From Myxococcota bacterium (GTDB taxonomy: Bacteria > Myxococcota_A > SURF-8), in contig OZ223209.1 of NCBI GenBank assembly GCA_965140415.1, positions 2,784,001 to 2,848,000 on the forward strand: 64,000 bases of DNA, written 5' to 3'. The position numbers and the translations under genes were made by a program. Below, one piece after another: positions 57,154-64,000 of this stretch (its first letter is position 1; the number at the start of each line of letters is the position of its first letter). The notes under the pieces are model-generated. The model was not told the DNA's origin. It saw only the letters and a list, made by a program, of their open reading frames with translations, and did no database searches.

Positions 57154-58800
57154 ATGTCGTTGAGAAAAAGAATCTGTAATATCAATGTAATAACGGTAGC
57201 TTTTCTTCTAATTGCGATGCTTACGATGTCTGCCTGTGGTGGTGAAGATGATGATACCAGCACGGATGGCGATCAATCGAGTTCCGATGGAGATTGGGAG
57301 GGAGAAAGCAATACGCTTTGTGTACCGATGCAAATTCGTGCCTGTTCATGTCCAGCGGGAGTTTCCGGCACCCAGACTTGTAATGCCGATGGAACCGCGT
57401 GGGGAACATGTCAGGGATGCCCGTCTGTGGATGGAGATCTGACCACAGATGGAGATGTTTCGATAGATGGAGATAAGACAACAGACGGCGATGGGCCCGC
57501 TGATGGCGATGAACCTGCGGATGGTGATGAGCCTGCTGATGGCGATGAACCTGCGGATGGCGATGAGCCGGTGGATGGCGACGAGCCAGTGGATGGCGAC
57601 GAGCCCGCTGATGGCGACGAACCTGCGGATGGTGATGAGCCTGCTGATGGCGATGAGCCTGCTGATGGCGATGAACCTGCGGATGGTGATGAGCCGGTGG
57701 ATGGCGACGAGCCTGTAGATGGTGACACTCCCGTGCTGAATTGCGATAACAACCTCTTTGATGAGGTGGTTAGCGGTGTTTCCGTCGGGACTGACAATCA
57801 AAGTCAACCGGTATGGTTTTATAATGCCTATGATGACGAAACGTATCCGGCAAACAATATGGTGATAGAAAACTGGGCTTCTTATGGAGGACCGACAACT
57901 GCCGGAACCTATCAGTTTACCGCTACCGAAGCCAGCTATCTGGATTGTGGTTTCTGCCTACAGGTTTACAAGGATTGTGAAAGTGATGGGCAGGGTGGTC
58001 AGAGTTGCGACAAGGTCTTTATGCCCAAGGTCGGCGGAACTTACACAATCAATTCCTTGGGTACTACCGAAGGACAGAGTATTGCCGGTGTGGTTGAAAA
58101 CCTAGAGTTACAGGAAGTGACAATCAATTCCGAAACGCTGGTGACGACACCCGTTCGTAATGGTGAAACCTGGTGTTTGCCATATTATGAATTTTCTGGT
58201 GATTTACAGGCACCTGGATTTGTGGACATGGATCCTCCAACCGGTTTGAGTTGCGAATACCCGGATGCTCCTTATCATTTCTGGGGACCGGTTCCGGGTG
58301 ACACGGAAACGCAAGCCGGCACGGTTCCACCAATGGGATGGCCCGGCGCTTATCATGGAGGCGCGATCAAAGAATTTGATTTGGCGCGGTTTAAATGCGA
58401 CAACCCCAACATCAAAACGCTGTTTATTATGGTTGGGGCCGGTTGGTGTTCTGCTTGTGAGGGATTCTTCGAAGACATGGTATGTAATGATGGCGGGTTA
58501 GAAGAACAACTGTTGGCTTTAAATGCAGAAATTCTATACGTTATTGGTGAAAACAATAATGTGGCTACAGCTACGAATTCCTTTGCAGAGTTGAAAATGA
58601 ATAGTTATGGCTGCGAAGGCGGTTATCGGATCAGCGATACCGACAATACGGCGGGAGAACGTGTGATATGGGAAAGCCGATTGTACTCCGGTATCCCCTG
58701 GGCGGCGGCAATCCGCATGAGCGATATGAAACTGACTCACTCTCAAGGAGAAGAGTATTACCTGGATTTTGTTGGGATCGCAACAGAGAACAACCAATAG
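57154..58800 (+). CDS. Lipoprotein with Cys-rich module, DGD tandem repeats and C-terminal thioredoxin-like (WCxxC) domain
   Basis: Lipobox MSAC, CSC...GTQTC...WGTC module, (DGDEPA/V)n and AGWCSAC. Confidence 0.8.
   Translation: MSLRKRICNINVITVAFLLIAMLTMSACGGEDDDTSTDGDQSSSDGDWEGESNTLCVPMQIRACSCPAGVSGTQTCNADGTAWGTCQGCPSVDGDLTTDGDVSIDGDKTTDGDGPADGDEPADGDEPADGDEPADGDEPVDGDEPVDGDEPADGDEPADGDEPADGDEPADGDEPADGDEPVDGDEPVDGDTPVLNCDNNLFDEVVSGVSVGTDNQSQPVWFYNAYDDETYPANNMVIENWASYGGPTTAGTYQFTATEASYLDCGFCLQVYKDCESDGQGGQSCDKVFMPKVGGTYTINSLGTTEGQSIAGVVENLELQEVTINSETLVTTPVRNGETWCLPYYEFSGDLQAPGFVDMDPPTGLSCEYPDAPYHFWGPVPGDTETQAGTVPPMGWPGAYHGGAIKEFDLARFKCDNPNIKTLFIMVGAGWCSACEGFFEDMVCNDGGLEEQLLALNAEILYVIGENNNVATATNSFAELKMNSYGCEGGYRISDTDNTAGERVIWESRLYSGIPWAAAIRMSDMKLTHSQGEEYYLDFVGIATENNQ
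57430..57735 (+). repeat. 18-bp coding tandem repeat, 17 hexapeptide units DGDxxx (12 are DGDEP[A/V])
   Basis: Directly visible repeats of the form GATGGCGATGAACCTGCG. Confidence 0.95.
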
Positions 58801-58883
58801 GCGCTGACCGTGTTAGTAGTGGAAAATTTGTGTAAGCATGGATGCGTGATTCTGTGCGATTCTTGTGAAAAAAGGAAGGTAAA

Positions 58884-59945
58884 ATGAAGAGTGGATGGTT
58901 ATCGCTGATCGTTCTTATGTTGTGTCTGGCATTGTTTGTTGTCGGTTGTGGCAGTGGTGACGACGAGACTCCCGATGGGGATTCGAACATCGATGGAGAC
59001 TCTGAGAATGAGGACGATACAACCTCGGATGGAGACACGACTGTCGATGGCGATATGGATAGCGAAAGCGAACCCATTACCGATGGCGATGTGTCTGTTG
59101 ATGGCGATGATGAGATCGGTGATGGAGACTTAGAAATTGATGTCGAAAGCGAGCAGGAACAGCTCGCTTGCACGGGTACGGTAGTCGATACGGTTATGGG
59201 GACCGTTCAGAACCAGGATGGGAATGGAATCGATATGGTCGCTGCTTTGCTATGCATTGCCAAGCCTGGCGATCGGGAGACTTGCCTGGACCCGGAATTC
59301 ACGAACGGTAGCGGAGCATTTACCATCAGTGTCCCTGAAGAGCACCAATGCCAGGTGGGAGCTGCAATACACTATATCGCCACACAGGACTTTACGTTGC
59401 ATGGGCTTTATTGCCCGGTGGACATCAGTCAGGGCGGGACTCTTGCCGTGGATCCGGTCGTATTACGACAGGCTCCACAGGCGACGCGCACGGCGCTGGG
59501 AGATACCAGCCAGCCTCACGACATTACCAGTCCCGAAGGCGTGGTCTTGACTGTCATTCCTGATGATCTATATCTTTGGGATTTTACCTACGATGATTTG
59601 CGCCTGCTCAGTTGGGATTCCACCAGTTGGGGGTGGCCCTGTTTCATCGATGCCAATGATCCCCCAGACGCCTTGGTCGCATTGGTGCCTGAATTCGAAA
59701 CTGCGCATGAAACCGATGCTGTTCACATCGCGTTCCCCAATACCCAAAATCTTGCGGCAGGAACCGAAGTCGATTTATATGGCTTGGGCGGAGTTGGAAC
59801 GGAGAACTGGACCGGAGAGGAAATCGAAGAGGCGCAATGGGCGAAAATTGGAAGCATGACGGTCAGTAACGATGAAACCATGATCCGAACGGCAGCAGGG
59901 CAGGGGCTGCCATTCTGTACCTGGGTGGGATATAAACAAAAATAA
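58884..59945 (+). CDS. Lipoprotein with acidic DGD-rich N-terminal linker
   Basis: Lipobox VVGC, multiple DGD motifs and a beta-sandwich-like remainder. Confidence 0.8.
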   Translation: MKSGWLSLIVLMLCLALFVVGCGSGDDETPDGDSNIDGDSENEDDTTSDGDTTVDGDMDSESEPITDGDVSVDGDDEIGDGDLEIDVESEQEQLACTGTVVDTVMGTVQNQDGNGIDMVAALLCIAKPGDRETCLDPEFTNGSGAFTISVPEEHQCQVGAAIHYIATQDFTLHGLYCPVDISQGGTLAVDPVVLRQAPQATRTALGDTSQPHDITSPEGVVLTVIPDDLYLWDFTYDDLRLLSWDSTSWGWPCFIDANDPPDALVALVPEFETAHETDAVHIAFPNTQNLAAGTEVDLYGLGGVGTENWTGEEIEEAQWAKIGSMTVSNDETMIRTAAGQGLPFCTWVGYKQK

Positions 59946-59988
59946 CCCCCAGCAAGTTTCCTCGCCGGGGGTCTGTTTCGGACAGGCT

Positions 59989-60026
59989 GAACGGGATGAG
60001 AGCCAGGAGCTTTCGTCCCGTTTTTT
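59989..60026 (+). terminator. Intrinsic terminator after the lipoprotein pair
   Basis: AACGGGATGA...TCGTCCCGTTTTTT. Confidence 0.65.
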
Positions 60027-60027
60027 G

Positions 60028-60522
60028 TTACTTTTTCAGAACAGGCGTGACAAAGGAAACCAGCTTGTCTTTGAGCGCCTCTAAGGAAAATTCGGGGTTT
60101 TTAGCCACTTTCTCCGCCAGATCCTTGATTATCGACTCTTCGGTATTCAGTTCCTGGGCGATGTAGAAAGGATCGATTTCCTCGGGATTGCCGACTAATC
60201 CGCAGCCGGTGACCTGGCCAATCAACTCCTCGCCATCGAACAACGGAATGGCGATACGAATGAGACCGCCTTCACAGAAATCGACGACGGCTTGCTTGGC
60301 CGCTTTGGCTTGAACGATCATCGCCATGTTTGTCTGGCTACAGAAACTGGCCAACGTGTCGGGTTGCTCGCGAATTCGTTCGCATAGCGGGTTGCGAGTT
60401 CCTTCTCCGAAAAGGATTTTCCCGCCGCCATCGGTCAAAGACATTGCCAGACCGGTTTCCTTAAACATTTCTTGCAGTTTTTCTTTCCACAGCTCTTCCG
60501 ATAAAATACTTAACACGTCCAT
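60028..60522 (-). CDS. Standalone PocR ligand-binding domain protein
   Basis: LQE.F...TGL....D, NPLC..IR, FC, CEGGL...AIPL....IG pattern. Confidence 0.8.
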   Translation of the reverse strand: MDVLSILSEELWKEKLQEMFKETGLAMSLTDGGGKILFGEGTRNPLCERIREQPDTLASFCSQTNMAMIVQAKAAKQAVVDFCEGGLIRIAIPLFDGEELIGQVTGCGLVGNPEEIDPFYIAQELNTEESIIKDLAEKVAKNPEFSLEALKDKLVSFVTPVLKK

Positions 60523-60574
60523 TCTTCCGCCTCGTTATCCACTTTGTAGAACATGAAAACAACTCTGGAGCAAT

Positions 60575-61804
60575 TTACTCTATCACGATGGCATTCGCAA
60601 GTAGTTCCCACATGTGGACGGATTTCCAGGGACGTTTGTACTCTTTGGCAAGATCGCCGATGCCGTCGATGCAGTTGACGCAGGGAGTGCAGACCAATTC
60701 CGCTCCGGTACGATCAATTTGTTCGACTTTGATCTTTCCATAGTGATTACGGGCTTGTGCAAAGCCGGAGATGAGCGCGCCACCACCGCCGGAGCAGCAG
60801 TAGTTGTATTCGCGATTCGGCCACATTTCAACCCAGTTTTCACATACGTTGTCCAGTACGTAACGGGCGTCTTCCAGAATATCCGCGTATCCGTTCATAA
60901 TGGATTTACGACCGGCGTTACACGGGTCATGCAGGGTGACGATTTCCTTGTTCTTGCTTTTATCGAGCTTGAAGCGGCCTTCCTGAATCCATTTGGCATA
61001 CAGGTTGACAACGTGAACTACATCAAATTTCGGTTTGATGCCGAATTTGCGGTAGCCATCAACGGTTGCAAAGTAACCATGACCGCATTCCGTATAGGCC
61101 ATGGTTTTGCAGCCAAGCTCTTCCAGTCTTTCAACTTGCTTTCGCAGGTTGTTTTCCCAAGATTCAAGATCACCGGAGAACATGCAGTAGTTGGTGCCTT
61201 CCCACCAAATGGAAGGCATCGTCCAGTCGGCATTGGCGGCGTGAAACACCTTGTAAATAAACTGTAATTCGTTCGGGTGGTACATGGGCAGCTTGGAGTT
61301 GATGGTGGCGTAGAATTCCGCCCCTTCTTTGTCGATGGGGACTTGAACTGCCGGAATTTCTTCCTGAAGTTCTTCCAGCATCCAATCCACCGTATCCAAC
61401 CATTCTTCGGTTGGAATCTGCATGTTGTTGCCCTTGTCACGGTGCAGTTCACAGGTGAGTTGCGCTTTTCCAGGTTTCTTGTCCATGGGACGCATCGAGC
61501 GTGCGCGGGTGACCATGCTGGTCATCTTGACGCCCATCGGGCATACGTAACTACAGCGCTCGCAGCCGGTGCACTGGAAAATCCAGTCGTGATCGATGAG
61601 TTCCTGCTCCTGACCCAGCATGACCAGGCGTACCGCTTTACGTGGTTCCATATCGGTGAAACCGCTGAGCGGACAGGCGCTGATACATTTTCCACAACTG
61701 AAACAGTAATCCAGAGCAGCCGTCCAGTTGGCCTCTTCCAACAACAGGTCGCGAAGAGGTGTTTCTTTGCTTTTATCGAGTTCGATGACAGTTCCGGTTT
61801 CCAT
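60575..61804 (-). CDS. HdrD-like Fe-S oxidoreductase (2x[4Fe-4S] plus CCG domains)
   Basis: CFSCGKCISACP, CTGCERCSYVCP, ECGHG, HDPC, YCCSGGGG and TPCVNC motifs. Confidence 0.88.
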   Translation of the reverse strand: METGTVIELDKSKETPLRDLLLEEANWTAALDYCFSCGKCISACPLSGFTDMEPRKAVRLVMLGQEQELIDHDWIFQCTGCERCSYVCPMGVKMTSMVTRARSMRPMDKKPGKAQLTCELHRDKGNNMQIPTEEWLDTVDWMLEELQEEIPAVQVPIDKEGAEFYATINSKLPMYHPNELQFIYKVFHAANADWTMPSIWWEGTNYCMFSGDLESWENNLRKQVERLEELGCKTMAYTECGHGYFATVDGYRKFGIKPKFDVVHVVNLYAKWIQEGRFKLDKSKNKEIVTLHDPCNAGRKSIMNGYADILEDARYVLDNVCENWVEMWPNREYNYCCSGGGGALISGFAQARNHYGKIKVEQIDRTGAELVCTPCVNCIDGIGDLAKEYKRPWKSVHMWELLANAIVIE

Positions 61805-61807
61805 GTG

Positions 61808-63829
61808 TCAGACTCCTTCGTTTGCCACGTGTGGTTCGTTCGTTTCCTCACTCATGGGGGAATCGGACGACAGAACTCCGGCGGCGCTGTTGATGATTTT
61901 AGCAAGTCGATAGGGCTCGTTGTTGGCGATTGGATGGTATTGCACCATGTTCGTATCCAATCCGGACTCGGCCAGGAATTTCTGGACCCGCTTGACCCGC
62001 TCCGCCGCAACGAGATTGCCCTTCAATGAACGGCAAACCGACGGATGGCAGCCCATAACCAGAACCTGACTGGCGCCTTTTTCCAGCGCTCCAAGCATCG
62101 CTGTTTCTTCAACACGACCCGCACAGGGAACTTCGATAAACGTGGCTTCTGTCGGGACCGTCAAGCCAAGCCGACCCGCTTGATCCAGAGATGGAATCGC
62201 CGATTGTTGACAGGCAAAAACGATCAAAGGTTTTTTGTCGCCAAGAAGCGGTGTCGCTTCGTCTAAGACGTCGGACATCTGTAGTTTGCTGAGACCGCCA
62301 TGCTCGATGGCCTGACCCGGACACGCCGCAGCGCAGATGCCACATTCCCAACAGGCATTGGATAGAATCGTAACGGATTTCTTGTTGAGATACGTTTCAA
62401 TCGCACCATGTGGACAGAGCCGCAAGCAGGTCAAGCAACTTGCGCATTTGCTGACGTCGACTTTGACCATTTCCACAGGAGAGGTTACCGTTTCTTCCGG
62501 CAACAGGCTCAATACCTTGGCGGTAATGGCATCCGATTCGTATCGGGATTCCAAGGGGTTGCAGTCATTATGGCAGCCGCCTGCGAACAGGATTCCACGT
62601 CTGGCAGAGCTGACCGGCATATGGCGGATATTGCCGGGTTGCAGGAAACCTTCAGCATCCAACGGCTGGCGCAGCAAAGTGGAGAAAATGGGATTGTCCA
62701 GGCGTGGTTTCACACGACTGGGAACAACAAGACGGTCGATGTGGATTTTGAAAGCCCGATCTGGAATGATTGAATCCACCATGGTCACGACAATATCGTC
62801 TTCTCCTGCTTGCAAGAGAGGCGTTTTCTCATCATAACGCAGGAACTGTACTCCTGCCGCGCGGGCGTCATCGTACATCTTCTGGCCGTTTTTACCGAAG
62901 ACCGGCATATTGCGGAACATGACATACGCTTGCCCACCGTTCGTTACATGCTTGTTTGCAGCAACGATGGTCGCTTCTGCTGCGCAGCGCCGTTCCGGTC
63001 CCTGGAGATCCAGAAGAATGCCAACGGTGTCCGTTTTGGCACTGCCATTATGTGTGGAGTCCATGAGGCTTCGTAATGTCTCATGAGGCACCGCCAGTTT
63101 GGTGTCATCTTCGATGCGCGCATCGATTGCGATGACAACGGCTCCAGCTTGATAGCCTTTGGCCTTCCCATTGTCTTCTACGACGATGTGGAAATCTCCT
63201 AGCTGTCCATTGATCGCACGCAACGGTGTCTTTTCGCTGATTGTGATGCGCTCATTCTTTTCCGCAGCTTCAACAAGTGCTGTGGGCAAGGGGAAGAAGC
63301 ATCCTTCAGGAGTGTCCGTCTTTAAAAGCAGCACATCCAGATCCGCAGAGGCAAGCGACAGGGCCGTTTGATAGGCAGCGTGATTGCCACCCAGCACGAC
63401 GATGCGTCGATTGACCGGGCGCGTCGAAAGAGCGATGGGGCGCGCTTGTCTTGCGCGGGCAACCGCAATACGCAGGATGCGCTCCGCTTTTTCAGACGCC
63501 TGATCGATGTCAGGATGAATCCAGGCGCAGCGCTCTCTCAAATTGGTCTGGAAAAGGGGGATGGTTACCGTCGAATCCCCTTCGACTTGCAAAGGACGCT
63601 CCGTAACGGAAGGCTCCTGCGCACCGCAGACGACAGCCGCGACCAGTTGTTCCTGTTCGCACAACTGACTGAGTTTCTGCTGGCCTTGTTGACCGAATGG
63701 ATCGTCGATATGTGCAAGATAAAGACTAGAGTCCGCTTTCAGGCGTTCTTCCACCTGTGAAAGGCGAAGGCCGGTCTGCAGGGCTTCATCGGTATCGCCG
63801 ATAAAAATACCAACTCGTTGATTGCTCAT
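61808..63829 (-). CDS. HdrA/QmoB-like flavoprotein fused to ferredoxin and MvhD-like domains
   Basis: NLRERCAWIH, CASCLTCLRLCP, CWECGICAAACP and MvhD-like FAC...VPCAGRV...GCH..C. Confidence 0.85.
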   Translation of the reverse strand: MSNQRVGIFIGDTDEALQTGLRLSQVEERLKADSSLYLAHIDDPFGQQGQQKLSQLCEQEQLVAAVVCGAQEPSVTERPLQVEGDSTVTIPLFQTNLRERCAWIHPDIDQASEKAERILRIAVARARQARPIALSTRPVNRRIVVLGGNHAAYQTALSLASADLDVLLLKTDTPEGCFFPLPTALVEAAEKNERITISEKTPLRAINGQLGDFHIVVEDNGKAKGYQAGAVVIAIDARIEDDTKLAVPHETLRSLMDSTHNGSAKTDTVGILLDLQGPERRCAAEATIVAANKHVTNGGQAYVMFRNMPVFGKNGQKMYDDARAAGVQFLRYDEKTPLLQAGEDDIVVTMVDSIIPDRAFKIHIDRLVVPSRVKPRLDNPIFSTLLRQPLDAEGFLQPGNIRHMPVSSARRGILFAGGCHNDCNPLESRYESDAITAKVLSLLPEETVTSPVEMVKVDVSKCASCLTCLRLCPHGAIETYLNKKSVTILSNACWECGICAAACPGQAIEHGGLSKLQMSDVLDEATPLLGDKKPLIVFACQQSAIPSLDQAGRLGLTVPTEATFIEVPCAGRVEETAMLGALEKGASQVLVMGCHPSVCRSLKGNLVAAERVKRVQKFLAESGLDTNMVQYHPIANNEPYRLAKIINSAAGVLSSDSPMSEETNEPHVANEGV

Positions 63830-64000
63830 CAGTTTCCTCCGATCCCGTAAACGGCCAGACTGTCCGTGTCGTTTTGTCGCCCCTGTAAATCCATCAGAAT
63901 TCGCTTGGTTGCCGCCATGGCTTGCAGGCGGGAGGCTTGAATGTCGACCGGTCCGGCACAGGCTCCAGCTAAATAAACTCTGGGTTTCGAGGTTCGAACG
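63829..64000 (-). CDS. C-terminus of an upstream HdrA/QmoA-like protein (truncated by window edge)
   Basis: Translates VRTSKPRVYLAGACAGPVDIQASRLQAMAA...; its TGA overlaps the next ATG. Confidence 0.7.
   Translation of the reverse strand, partial: VRTSKPRVYLAGACAGPVDIQASRLQAMAATKRILMDLQGRQNDTDSLAVYGIGGN

Noticed and set aside
57430-57735. CRISPR or mobile repeat
   Set aside because: It is an in-frame 18-bp coding repeat with synonymous variation and no spacers.

Overview
This is a mostly core-genome bacterial window. The gene content and style suggest a Deltaproteobacteria/Myxococcota-like organism, which is an inference. It opens with the probable right end of a genomic island: a DUF4143 ATPase followed by a 47-bp tRNA-Ala(GGC) 3' fragment. 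Housekeeping loci include rlmN, rpsB-tsf-pyrH, thrS, queF, rph-rdgB, sufE, an ArgR-regulated arg operon, an OgdA/SsaD-like gene pair, transporters, DGD-repeat lipoproteins and the distal part of an Hdr/Qmo-like redox cluster. There are five top leads. (1) A radical SAM/SPASM gene with a PqqD-like N-terminus is followed by a 30-aa Cys-rich peptide ORF missing from the ORF track (candidate new RiPP system). (2) The same gene carries an in-frame insertion of about nine co-oriented DnaA-box-like 9-mers, six at exact 12-bp spacing. (3) A DUF1611/DgcN-like gene leads an arg operon lacking argA/argJ (candidate non-canonical N-acetylglutamate synthase). (4) An unassigned structured ~270-nt RNA candidate has its own promoter and terminator. 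(5) An 11-bp-phased intergenic repeat array lies upstream of the ThDP enzyme gene. All calls come from reading the sequence; no searches were run.
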